From sequence record SRR31156797_144: a stretch of 49,821 bases of DNA; one strand, written 5' to 3'. This document shows positions 8,280-17,937 of the stretch, in pieces. Every line of letters starts with the position of its first letter. The first letter of the stretch is position 1. The position numbers and the translations under genes are program-made. Below the pieces are notes generated by a model. That model was not told the origin of the DNA. It saw only the letters and a list, made by a program, of their open reading frames with translations, and did not search any database.

Positions 8280-9839
8280 TTAAACTTCGCGCGGACTTAA
8301 TGTTATCAATGGTATCACCATTTCTTCCAATGAAATTCCTCCGTGTTGAAAGGTATTTCGATAGTAAGAACTGTAATAATTAAAATTGTTTGGATAAGCC
8401 AAAAAGTCTTCGCCAAATGCAAAGATATAAGAAGAACTTACATTTACCTGAGGTAGTTGCGCTTTTCGTGGCTCAGTCACTTCAAAAACCTCCTTCGACT
8501 TGTAATTCAGATTTTTCCCTTGTTTGTAACGAAGATTGGTATTGGTTTGTCTGTCGCCAATTACCTTAATTGGATTTTGAACTCGGATTGAACCATGATC
8601 TGTAGTAATAATCAATTTCACACCTTGATCTGACAGCTTCTTAATCAATTCTAAAAGCATGGAATGTTCAAACCAGGATAAGGTCAATGAACGATAAGCA
8701 GCCTCATCAGCAGCCAGGTCACGAATCATTTCACTTTCGGTTCTGGCATGTGAAAGCATATCAACAAAATTGTACACAAACACACTCAAATCAGCATTTA
8801 AAATGGAAGTTAAATTATTGAGCACTTTGGCTCCCATTTTTTCATTGTTGATTTTTTCGTAATGATAACTGTAATCTTTATAATGACGCTTAAACTGAAA
8901 ACCAATAAAATCTTCCTCGTGCAAATTCTTACTCGTCTCCTCATCTTCATCAATCCAATGATCAGGATGTCGTCTTTGAATTTCAAGAGGCATTAAACCT
9001 GAAAACATTGAATTTCGTGCATACTGAGTTGCGGTTGGAAGAATTGAGTAATACATTGAATCATCTTCCAGAGTATAATAGTCATTAATTACCGGATACA
9101 AAGTCTGCCACTGATCGTATCGTAAGTTATCTATCAGAATAAAAGCTACTTTCTGTCCTTTATCCAAGAGCGGATATACTTTTTCTTTAAAAATATTAGG
9201 TGTCATCAATGGTTTATTCTCCTCATTAGGATCTAACCACGACAGGTAATTTTTCTTTACAAATCGAGCGAATAAATTGTTGGCTTCCGTTTTTTGCATG
9301 CGCAAAATTTCATCCATTCCCGAGTCTTCAATATTAGCCAATTCCAACTCCCAAAAAACCAATTTTCGGTACATTTTCATCCAATCTTCAAAATCACGAC
9401 AATCGTTAATTTCCATTCCCATTTGCCCAAATTTCGATTGGTAAGCCATTGTAGTTTTCTCGGAAACCAGGCGCTTTTTATCGATGTGTTTTTTAAGAGT
9501 AAGCAGAATTTGCTTTGGGTTCACTGGTTTTATCAGGTAATCGGAAATCTGTTTTCCAATAGCCTCATCCATTATATCTTCTTCCTCACTTTTTGTAATC
9601 ATTACAATTGGCAAAGCAGAATCGATAGATTTTATTTCGCTAAGCGCTTCCAGACCACTCATGCCAGGCATGTTCTCGTCGAGTAGAACCAAGTCGAAAT
9701 GGGTATCTCGAACCATGTCGAGTGCATCGTAAGCATTGTTACACGATTCAACCTTATATCCTTTACCCTCTAAAAAAATAATATGAGGTTTCAACAATTC
9801 AATCTCATCATCAACCCAAAGTATCGTTATATCTTTCAC
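8280..9839 (-). CDS. porX: T9SS response regulator PorX (receiver + PglZ/alkaline-phosphatase-like domain)
   Basis: ILWVDDEIELLKPH, LLDENMPG, IDNLRYDQW, ILPTATQYARN, TTDHG, TFQHGGIS. GTG at 9839 is the likely start; the track extends to 9884. Confidence 0.93.
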   Translation of the reverse strand: MKDITILWVDDEIELLKPHIIFLEGKGYKVESCNNAYDALDMVRDTHFDLVLLDENMPGMSGLEALSEIKSIDSALPIVMITKSEEEDIMDEAIGKQISDYLIKPVNPKQILLTLKKHIDKKRLVSEKTTMAYQSKFGQMGMEINDCRDFEDWMKMYRKLVFWELELANIEDSGMDEILRMQKTEANNLFARFVKKNYLSWLDPNEENKPLMTPNIFKEKVYPLLDKGQKVAFILIDNLRYDQWQTLYPVINDYYTLEDDSMYYSILPTATQYARNSMFSGLMPLEIQRRHPDHWIDEDEETSKNLHEEDFIGFQFKRHYKDYSYHYEKINNEKMGAKVLNNLTSILNADLSVFVYNFVDMLSHARTESEMIRDLAADEAAYRSLTLSWFEHSMLLELIKKLSDQGVKLIITTDHGSIRVQNPIKVIGDRQTNTNLRYKQGKNLNYKSKEVFEVTEPRKAQLPQVNVSSSYIFAFGEDFLAYPNNFNYYSSYYRNTFQHGGISLEEMVIPLITLSPREV

Positions 9840-9908
9840 ACTCTTCAATTTTAGTTCAACACGACATATTAAAGCTAACGACAAGTTGAAACATTTATTT
9901 CACCAGCT

Positions 9909-12900
9909 CTACTTCAAATAGTATTTTTTAAAGAATTGCAGATAAACTGCAGGGTCTCCATCCTTCATAAATTCTTTCAAATTTTCATCAGATATCACAA
10001 AGTTACGATATCCGACTTTCTCAACTGGTGCAAACAAATCACGATTGGTAACAATGGCTCTAAAGTACATCATAGCCTGTTTTTTGTTTCGCATATTTGT
10101 TACCAATAAAACCTCACGATTGTCATCCAAACTTCGAACTTCAACTTTTAAACTTCTGGTATTGTATCTTTTTATACCACTTAGTAATTGCTTACGATTT
10201 ACATTATCTGTTGAATAAACCAAAGCAAAATAATGAGGCAGATTTTCATTGTATTTATACACTCCATCATCGACCAATACTTTTTCCTTTTTAACTGGAG
10301 CTACATCAGTTGCGTCCAGGTAGTTTTTCTTAAAGAAATCGAGATATGGGAACAATGTTTTATTCACATAGAAATTTTTGAAATTCTCTTCACTAATGAT
10401 AAAATTTCTATAATCAACACTTTCAAGCTGGGCATACACAGAGTTATCCTGCACCAAATTTCTAAAGTATTTCATCGCATCAGACTTGGTTCCAATGTTG
10501 TTCACTACAATCATATTCAAATCCGCATCATACTGTTCTCTTAAAACACTGTAATCTTTATCATGATTGTAAATATCAGTTCTTAGTTTGCCAATATTTA
10601 TTTTACGAACTGGAACCAAAATAATAAACTTATGATTGTCTTTGGCATTCATTTCAAATTCTAATGAATCCAAATTGGAATTAACCGAAACCAATTTTCC
10701 TTTTCGTTTAACCGTTTCCTTTTTAGATTTACGCTCTACATTAAAATAGCTTTTCGTATAAAAATCAAGATATTGCTCTACTGCTTTACTTTGTTTTAAC
10801 ACTCCAAAATTCGACTCAGAAATCACAAAATTTCGGTAATCAACATCTTCTAATCCTTTAAAAGCTTTATTACTTGTGATAATTCCATTAAAATAGTTTA
10901 AAGCATCTGTCTTGTCTTTTAAACCTTTCACTAAAATCATGATCTGTTCTTTATCCAATGATAATCGATCAACTTTAAAAGTTCTATTGTTATAAGCATC
11001 GGAATTGTATCGCGAGACATTAAATAAACTTCTGTTTGGATCTCCATCTTTTTTCGAAAACATCAAAACAAAATAATGCTCTTCCTCCGTTTTGAATTTG
11101 TACAATGCTTTAATTTCAGACTTTTTCTTTCCTTTCCCTTCAATTTCAACCATTGCCTGTTGTTCTTCAATTCTCCAATTTCGAAGCAATCGATTTTGTC
11201 TTGCCAATTCCATATCCTTCCTTGTATAAATAACGGGCTTGGCTCCCTTATCTAAACCAGCAATAATCGATTTTGCAGTTTGTTCAATCTCCTTGCTTGG
11301 ATTTGCTTCAATTACTTGTTCCAGCGACTGTTTAAAATTATTCGCCTTTTGAGTTCTACCGATACTAAGTGCTCTTAAGAATAAAAAACGAGGTCGTAAA
11401 TCACTTTCTGGATATCGTAGAAGACCTTCATTACATAGTCTAACAACCCGAAAGTAATAGTAATTCTGAAAATCTTCGTAAGCCTGTGCATACAAATTAT
11501 TTGCCTTTTGATCTTCAGCATCGATTTTAGAACGATAATTTGGATCGTTTAACGCTTTCGCATACTCACTTCCTTCAAATTCCGTTAGAATCATTTGTTT
11601 AAACCTATTGGCTTCAGCAGAATTTCCCTGAGCTTTGTTTAGTGAGTAACAATGATAGTAAGCTGAAAGCAAATAAGGATTATCCGGAAATCTCTCCAGT
11701 AAACGGATCAAACTTTCTAAAGCCTTTTCGTTATTCAACAATTTTTCCTCATAAACCAAGCCAGCCTGATACAAACCTTTCATGATTCTTTCATTGGATT
11801 TTACCATTGCTGCTTTGGTCATTGGCAAATCATTCAAATAATAATCTCGTGATTTTAAATCCTTCTTTTTCGACTGAGAACTTACTCCATCTCCCTCATC
11901 TCCTGACAAAGCCAGTTCTTCATCCTCAATTGTAAAAGTAGATTTGTTTTTTCTTCGCCAATTGTCTTCCAGTTTTCTACGTCCCCACTTGCGTTGAAAA
12001 TCGGATTTCCCTATACCTATATTGGTTGGATTGTAGAAATACCAATTCCCCTGACTAGAAGATCCAGCTCTTAAATTGTTACCCAACATATTGTTTTGCG
12101 CAAAAAAGGCTCTATCCGACTGAGCTTCCGACTCTCTTAACCTTTCCTCTCTTTCTTTGTCGTTTATTTTTTGTATAATACCGCTAATCAACTTATCTCT
12201 ATCTGGTTGGCTCATTAAAGCAACACGCTGCAAACTATCCTCACGAACAACCATATTTAAGTTGTTCACCAACTCGGTCAAGTTTCCAACTCGTTTTGAT
12301 AGAGCCGCATAGTTTGGATAATCTCTTCCCAAATAAGTCATTGAGCTATCGTAACACATTTGAGCCTTTGGGTAAGTTTCTTCACCAAAATAGTAGTCAC
12401 CCAACTTTAAAAATGATATTGCTTTTTGATTTTCATTAAACAAAGAAACTTTTGTTGATTTCCAGTAATTTGGAATTGCAGATTCCATATCCTCATCAAT
12501 AACATCCATTTCAGCCATGGCATAATAGATCTGATCCTGATATTCATTGTTCTTCTCATCACGAAGCATTTTTCTCAGACCTTTTCTAATCTCCTCACCA
12601 TTTTCGCTTCCTGTATACGAAAGTGCTCTGCTAATTTTTGCATTAAAAGTCATTTCATAACTGGCATTCAAATCAATTAGTTCTTGAAAAGCTCTTGATG
12701 CCTGACTTGGATTTCCTGTTTTTTGATGAATTTGGGCTAATAGATAAAAGTAACGTGCTTTCTTCTTTTTATTTTTTGATAAAGCTGTACATCTTTCCAA
12801 ATGAGGAATCGCATCCTCCAGTTCATTCTGACGAATTGCAGCGTCTGCATTTAATGCTGAAATTCTCAATAGATCTTCTTTAGTCAGGTCATTTTCGTTC

Positions 12901-13490
12901 GATAATCGTTCCAAAATTTCCGTTCCAGCAATAAATTCACCTCTATCGATCAAACTAGTCGCTTTCCACAATTTAGCTTCAGGTACCAATTCCGAATCGG
13001 GATATTCTCTCAAGATAAAATCAAATGCTTTCTCCGAAACATGATACTCTCCCTTGTAAAATTGTGCTTTACCAATAAGCAGATAACAATCGTCAATCCA
13101 ATTGTTGTATTCCTTTTTCTTTCTAAATTCCTTATACTTTTCAGATTTATTGTTCTTTTTACGTTTTGGTTTTCTGGTAATGGAATGAATTTTAATCGCC
13201 TTCGTAGCTTTTTCTAAAACGCGATCCATACTTGAAAAAGACAATGCTCTTGCCGATACATTCTGATATTCAAACACAGGAAACAATCTGGTGTAATTCT
13301 CCTGAATACCATTTTCAATTTTTAGTTCACCCTCTTTGAGGCTTTCCTTACCGTTAAAATAAACGTTATAATGAGTCGTAAGCGCATGATATTGTCTGCT
13401 AACAAAAGTGTTCTTTTGATTAGAGCAAGCAAAAGCAAATATTAAACAGAATACTATCAGTAAAGCTTTTTGAAAGTTTGTTCGAGTCAA
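9909..13490 (-). CDS. sprE: T9SS/gliding TPR lipoprotein SprE/PorW
   Basis: Lipobox FAFAC, YHALTTHYNVYFNG, TPR repeats, REDSLQRVA, WYFYNP...FQRKWGRRKLEDNWRRKNK signature; threefold repeated C-terminal domain. Confidence 0.85.
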   Translation of the reverse strand: MTRTNFQKALLIVFCLIFAFACSNQKNTFVSRQYHALTTHYNVYFNGKESLKEGELKIENGIQENYTRLFPVFEYQNVSARALSFSSMDRVLEKATKAIKIHSITRKPKRKKNNKSEKYKEFRKKKEYNNWIDDCYLLIGKAQFYKGEYHVSEKAFDFILREYPDSELVPEAKLWKATSLIDRGEFIAGTEILERLSNENDLTKEDLLRISALNADAAIRQNELEDAIPHLERCTALSKNKKKKARYFYLLAQIHQKTGNPSQASRAFQELIDLNASYEMTFNAKISRALSYTGSENGEEIRKGLRKMLRDEKNNEYQDQIYYAMAEMDVIDEDMESAIPNYWKSTKVSLFNENQKAISFLKLGDYYFGEETYPKAQMCYDSSMTYLGRDYPNYAALSKRVGNLTELVNNLNMVVREDSLQRVALMSQPDRDKLISGIIQKINDKEREERLRESEAQSDRAFFAQNNMLGNNLRAGSSSQGNWYFYNPTNIGIGKSDFQRKWGRRKLEDNWRRKNKSTFTIEDEELALSGDEGDGVSSQSKKKDLKSRDYYLNDLPMTKAAMVKSNERIMKGLYQAGLVYEEKLLNNEKALESLIRLLERFPDNPYLLSAYYHCYSLNKAQGNSAEANRFKQMILTEFEGSEYAKALNDPNYRSKIDAEDQKANNLYAQAYEDFQNYYYFRVVRLCNEGLLRYPESDLRPRFLFLRALSIGRTQKANNFKQSLEQVIEANPSKEIEQTAKSIIAGLDKGAKPVIYTRKDMELARQNRLLRNWRIEEQQAMVEIEGKGKKKSEIKALYKFKTEEEHYFVLMFSKKDGDPNRSLFNVSRYNSDAYNNRTFKVDRLSLDKEQIMILVKGLKDKTDALNYFNGIITSNKAFKGLEDVDYRNFVISESNFGVLKQSKAVEQYLDFYTKSYFNVERKSKKETVKRKGKLVSVNSNLDSLEFEMNAKDNHKFIILVPVRKINIGKLRTDIYNHDKDYSVLREQYDADLNMIVVNNIGTKSDAMKYFRNLVQDNSVYAQLESVDYRNFIISEENFKNFYVNKTLFPYLDFFKKNYLDATDVAPVKKEKVLVDDGVYKYNENLPHYFALVYSTDNVNRKQLLSGIKRYNTRSLKVEVRSLDDNREVLLVTNMRNKKQAMMYFRAIVTNRDLFAPVEKVGYRNFVISDENLKEFMKDGDPAVYLQFFKKYYLK

Positions 13491-13697
13491 GACTATATGT
13501 TTTGTATGATAAAAACGATTCGTTATTGATTAAAACCTCTATGTTATTTATTGACTAATATTTACCCAACAATTACAATTAATATATTCAAGATACTTCA
13601 TCCTAAAAATGTATAACAGCTATCAATGAGGTTTTATTTTATTCAATCTGAAAATTATTAAAACTTTTTAAAAATACCCTTATTTAAGTGAAATAAA

Positions 13698-13721
13698 AAA
13701 AGGAGCTAAAAAGCTCCTTTT
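13698..13721 (-). terminator. Intrinsic terminator downstream of mrp
   Basis: AAAAGGAGCT-AAAA-AGCTCCTTTT inverted repeat with a T-tract on the minus strand. Confidence 0.8.
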
Positions 13722-13743
13722 AAAATATCTGTAAATTTCGATC

Positions 13744-14841
13744 TTATCTAGTTATCTGAACTTTTTTTGTAGGATCTAACTTTTCATTTCTTTTAGTAAC
13801 AACAGATTGAAGTTTTGCAGCTAAATCGGCAAAAGCCATTCCTGTAACAGAGTCTCCATTTACAGCGGCTGGCGTACCATTATCACCACCTTCACGAATA
13901 CTTTGAACAATTGGAATTTGACCTAAAAGATCCAAGCCTTTTTCTTCTGCCAGTTTTTTACATCCATCTTTACCAAAAATGTAATATTTATTATCTGGTA
14001 ATTCAGCTGGAGTAAACCAAGCCATATTTTCAACCATACCTAAAACTGGAACGTTTACGCCAGCACCTTCGAACATGTTAATTCCTTTAATGGCATCAGC
14101 CAAAGCTACATCCTGTGGTGTACTTACCACAATAGCTCCAGTTACCGGAACAGTTTGTACCAAAGTTAGGTGAATATCGCTGGTTCCTGGTGGTAGGTCG
14201 ATTAGTACATAGTCTAATTCTCCCCAATTACCTTCTTCAATCATTTGCTTTAAAGCATTTGATGCCATTGGACCTCTCCAAACTGTTGCCTGCGCCGGAT
14301 CAACAAAAAATCCGATTGACAACATCTTAACACCATACTTCTCATGAGGCTCGATCATATCTTTGCCATCAATCTGAATTAGATTTGGCTTCGCAGTTTC
14401 TGAACCAAACATTTTAGGCACCGAAGGACCAAAAATATCAGCGTCAATCAAACCAACTTTTGCACCAGCTTTTGCCAAAGCAACTGCAAGATTAGATGAA
14501 ACTGTTGATTTACCAACTCCTCCTTTACCTGATGCTACTGCAATAATATTGGTAACATTTGGAAGAACTCCAGCCTCCTCAACAACATGAACAGCCTTAA
14601 CTTTAATATTGCCTTTAATTTCTGCATCCTTATCAACAAACTTAAGAATTGCAGAAACACAAGCCTTTTTTAAAGGAATAATATTGGCATCATCTGATTT
14701 TTGGAAAACCAAATCAAAACCAATTTTCTTTCCTTCAATCTTTATATTACGAACCATATCCAAACCCATGATATCCTTATCGGAACCCGGATAGTGCACT
14801 AAACGCAAAGCGTCCGTAACTTGTTTTTGAGTATAACTCAT
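13744..14841 (-). CDS. mrp: Mrp/NBP35 (ApbC) Fe-S cluster carrier ATPase
   Basis: SGKGGVGKST, DADIFGPS, WRGPM, DLPPGTSD, STPQ, ENM; N-terminal DUF59-like domain. Own -7 element TACCTTTG at 14885-14892 (-). Confidence 0.95.
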   Translation of the reverse strand: MSYTQKQVTDALRLVHYPGSDKDIMGLDMVRNIKIEGKKIGFDLVFQKSDDANIIPLKKACVSAILKFVDKDAEIKGNIKVKAVHVVEEAGVLPNVTNIIAVASGKGGVGKSTVSSNLAVALAKAGAKVGLIDADIFGPSVPKMFGSETAKPNLIQIDGKDMIEPHEKYGVKMLSIGFFVDPAQATVWRGPMASNALKQMIEEGNWGELDYVLIDLPPGTSDIHLTLVQTVPVTGAIVVSTPQDVALADAIKGINMFEGAGVNVPVLGMVENMAWFTPAELPDNKYYIFGKDGCKKLAEEKGLDLLGQIPIVQSIREGGDNGTPAAVNGDSVTGMAFADLAAKLQSVVTKRNEKLDPTKKVQITR

Positions 14842-14908
14842 GATTTATGAAAATTTTGTTCTTATTATTAAAATAGAATACGCACAAAGGTACATATTTA
14901 GAATCAAT

Positions 14909-15247
14909 TCAAATAAAATCCCAGTCAAGTTCTTTCATTGGGTCCCAGAATATTTTTTCGAAGTCTTGAATTTGATCATCAATCACTACAATTCCTTCAT
15001 TTTCCAGTAATTCTTGCATTAAATTTTCACCAGGAAAATGATGTCTACCCGTAAGCATTCCCAAACGATTAACCACTCGATGGGCAGGTGTATATTCTTT
15101 ACTAGCGTGAGATTGATTCATTGCCCAGCCAACCATTCGAGAACCACGAGGCGAACCTACAAATTTGGCTATTGCACCGTAACTTGTAGCTCTTCCGGCA
15201 GGAATTAGCCTAACAACTTCGTAAATTCTATCATACAATTCAGACAT
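14909..15247 (-). CDS. Alkyltransferase-like (ATL/MGMT-family) DNA-binding protein
   Basis: IPAGRATSYGAIA, RMVGWAM, PAHRVV (Ala in place of the MGMT acceptor Cys of PCHRV). Confidence 0.9.
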   Translation of the reverse strand: MSELYDRIYEVVRLIPAGRATSYGAIAKFVGSPRGSRMVGWAMNQSHASKEYTPAHRVVNRLGMLTGRHHFPGENLMQELLENEGIVVIDDQIQDFEKIFWDPMKELDWDFI

Positions 15248-15991
15248 CTACTCTTTTCGTTTGTCTCTTCCGAAACTTCTGTAGGAATCCAATTCAATCT
15301 CAACATCAGGTTCTATAAATTCCGTTTTTCCTTCGAGCATAAATTTCTGATACTTAATTGGAATTCCTCTGTCAAGAAATTGTTGCTCATAAAACGTTCT
15401 AATAGATAGAATATCATCAGCAATATCGGAATTGTACAAATCGTTTGTATCAACATCCACTGCAAGCGAATTTTCTTTAATTACGTATGAAGTATATTCG
15501 TACAAGAAATTACTATCCGTTTTCAAATGAATGATTCCATCTTGTGTTAATAGATTAGAATACAATTTTAAAAACTTGGTTCCTGTTAATCTCTTCCTCA
15601 CTTTTTTCATTTGGGGATCAGGAAAAGTAATCCAAATTTCAGTAATTTCTCCTGACTCGAAAATTGATTCTAACAACTCAGCTTTTGTTCTGATAAAGCC
15701 AACATTATTTAGATTTTCCTCTAAAGCAGTTTTTGCTCCACACCACATTCTTGAGCCTTTTATATCAATTCCAATAAAATTTTTATTTGGAAATTTTCGA
15801 GCCAAGCCTACTGAATATTCACCTTTACCACAACCAACTTCTAATACAATTGGATTGTCGTTTTTGAATACCTCTTTATTCCATTTTCCTTTATACTGAT
15901 AATCTTTTTCCCAAACTTCGTTATGAGTTGGTTGAAATACATTATCAAATGTCTCCATATCAGCAAAGCGCTGTAATTTATTCTTTCCCAC
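15248..15991 (-). CDS. trmB: tRNA (guanine-N7)-methyltransferase
   Basis: GTG start; LEVGCGKG, FIGIDIKG, TFPDP, HLKTD. Confidence 0.96.
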   Translation of the reverse strand: MGKNKLQRFADMETFDNVFQPTHNEVWEKDYQYKGKWNKEVFKNDNPIVLEVGCGKGEYSVGLARKFPNKNFIGIDIKGSRMWCGAKTALEENLNNVGFIRTKAELLESIFESGEITEIWITFPDPQMKKVRKRLTGTKFLKLYSNLLTQDGIIHLKTDSNFLYEYTSYVIKENSLAVDVDTNDLYNSDIADDILSIRTFYEQQFLDRGIPIKYQKFMLEGKTEFIEPDVEIELDSYRSFGRDKRKE

Positions 15992-16006
15992 GATTAATCG
16001 CTACTT

Positions 16007-16480
16007 TTATTTATTTGCTTTTTCTATACGAATACCTACATTAACCACATTCTCTAACTCTTCAACACGCATTCCCTGAACTATTTCGAAAATGTAAGTG
16101 CCCGATTTTGGAAACACAACATGTTGCTTGTATGGTATTTGTAAATCAAAAATATCACCAAATCCACTTCCATACCATTCTCCTTTTTCCGATGCAAGCG
16201 TACACTCAAACTTTTCCTCAGCAGTTATTCCATCAGGATTTGTTTTCTTAACGAACAGCCACATATTACTAAAAGCATAAGCTCCAGAATTTCTCACATT
16301 TAAATAAAGATTGTGTGAACTAATGGTATCTGTTATTTCCACTTCAAAACGAAGAACATTTTCCATATTCCATTTATAATCTGGAATTTTCTCATAATGC
16401 TCGTACACCCTATTAGAATCGCAAGATGCAATTGAAAAGCAGCTAACAATAAAGCAACAAATCCAAATCAGTTGTTTCAT
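16007..16480 (-). CDS. gldH: Gliding motility lipoprotein GldH
   Basis: Lipobox IASC, VRN..AY.FSNMWL, GEWYGSGFG, QGMR...GIRIEK; located downstream of PSP1/ricT. ATG at 16480 preferred. Confidence 0.88.
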   Translation of the reverse strand: MKQLIWICCFIVSCFSIASCDSNRVYEHYEKIPDYKWNMENVLRFEVEITDTISSHNLYLNVRNSGAYAFSNMWLFVKKTNPDGITAEEKFECTLASEKGEWYGSGFGDIFDLQIPYKQHVVFPKSGTYIFEIVQGMRVEELENVVNVGIRIEKANK

Positions 16481-16688
16481 GTGTTTAAATTTATCTTTCA
16501 ATGGTCACATGGAACTCACAACTAAATTCAACCATCCCATTGTAAATCAATGGATAATTAAATTTGCATGTTCGTTTCATATTTATGAATTTCATAATTG
16601 TACGAACTCCTGCTAAACTTCAGGAATTCTATAAAATCAAATAGCCATTAAGCTTATTATACTTAACGACTATTTAATTCCTGATATC

Positions 16689-17843
16689 TTATTTTTTTAC
16701 TGGTTTGTTCGTTTTTCTTGGCTTACGACGGAACTTTCTTTTTCCTTTTCGTTTGTTTGGATTGTCTTTTTTATCAAAACGATTCAGACTATCCTGCCCT
16801 ACTACATTCTCATAATCCGGAGCTTTTTTAGCTACTACTTCTTTCTCTGTAACCAGTTGATCAACCTTAACACCCTTCTTGTTTAATTTAACAATCTCTT
16901 TCACTCGGTCAACCGAAACCTGAAATAGATTCATTGTACTAAACTTGTCGAAAGAATACCACATAACTCTTTTAAAGATGTCTGTTTTCTGATGAAAGGC
17001 AGTTCCATCCTTGGTTTCAAGAGGAATATTGGTATTTGGAAAATCTTTCTGAGCGTCGATATAACAATCCAACTCAAAATTTAAACAGCATTTTAATTTA
17101 CCACACTGTCCGGCTAATTTCTGCGGATTCAATGATATTTCCTGGTAACGAGCAGCATTTGTCGTAACCGAAACAAAATTGGTAATCCATGTAGAGCAGC
17201 ACAATTCTCGTCCACAAGGACCTATTCCACCAATTCTACCAGCCTCCTGACGAGCACCAATTTGGCGCATTTCAATTCTAATTTTGAATTGCTCGGCTAA
17301 AACTTTAATCAGTTGTCTAAAGTCAACTCTATCATCAGCGATGTAATAAAAAATTGCTTTTGTTTTGTCTCCCTGATATTCAACATCACCAATTTTCATA
17401 TTCAGCTTTAACTCAGCTGATATTTGACGAGCTTTAATCATTGTTTTGTGTTCCAGTGCAATGGCTTCGTGCCATTTTTCGATATCTACAGGTTTCGCTT
17501 TTCTGTATATCTTTTTTGCTTCGTAAGTGTTCGGATCAAGCTTTTGTTTGCGCATTTGCTCAACAACCAAATCACCTGTTAACGAAACAATACCTATATC
17601 GTGTCCTGGCGATGCTTCAACAGCGATAACATCACCTCTTTGTAATCTTAATTGATTCGAATTTGAATAGAATCCCTTACGGGTATTTTTAAATTTTACT
17701 TCAACAACATCAGGACATAGTGCACTTTCAGGAACATCTTTTAACCAATCATAAACATCCAGCTTCCCAGCCAGCAGTCTATGATCCTGCTTATTGGATG
17801 CGCAACCTCCGCATTTCCCTTTTGGTTCCTTATTTTCTATCAT
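16689..17843 (-). CDS. ricT: PSP1-domain protein (RicT/YaaT family)
   Basis: VEVKFKNTRK, DDRVDFRQL, RIEMRQIGARQEA, GPCGRELCCS, KLAGQCGKLKCCLNFE. -7 element TAATTTTG at 17876-17883 (-). Confidence 0.92.
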   Translation of the reverse strand: MIENKEPKGKCGGCASNKQDHRLLAGKLDVYDWLKDVPESALCPDVVEVKFKNTRKGFYSNSNQLRLQRGDVIAVEASPGHDIGIVSLTGDLVVEQMRKQKLDPNTYEAKKIYRKAKPVDIEKWHEAIALEHKTMIKARQISAELKLNMKIGDVEYQGDKTKAIFYYIADDRVDFRQLIKVLAEQFKIRIEMRQIGARQEAGRIGGIGPCGRELCCSTWITNFVSVTTNAARYQEISLNPQKLAGQCGKLKCCLNFELDCYIDAQKDFPNTNIPLETKDGTAFHQKTDIFKRVMWYSFDKFSTMNLFQVSVDRVKEIVKLNKKGVKVDQLVTEKEVVAKKAPDYENVVGQDSLNRFDKKDNPNKRKGKRKFRRKPRKTNKPVKK

Positions 17844-17937
17844 ATGTATATTGATTATTAGTCGATAATCGACCGCAAAATTAGCGAATTTAATTTACAA
17901 ACCTTTAAAGGTAATTAAATCGGATAATTATTGTGAT

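Noticed and set aside
8280-9839. BREX defence system, suggested by the PglZ-like domain
   Set aside because: The domain is fused to a receiver domain in the porX-tsaE context, and no brx/pglX genes are present.
13531-13636. 9-bp inverted repeat TAAAACCTC/GAGGTTTTA upstream of sprE, considered as a MITE or invertible promoter
   Set aside because: Short and AT-rich, no target-site duplication, no recombinase nearby, no second copy seen.
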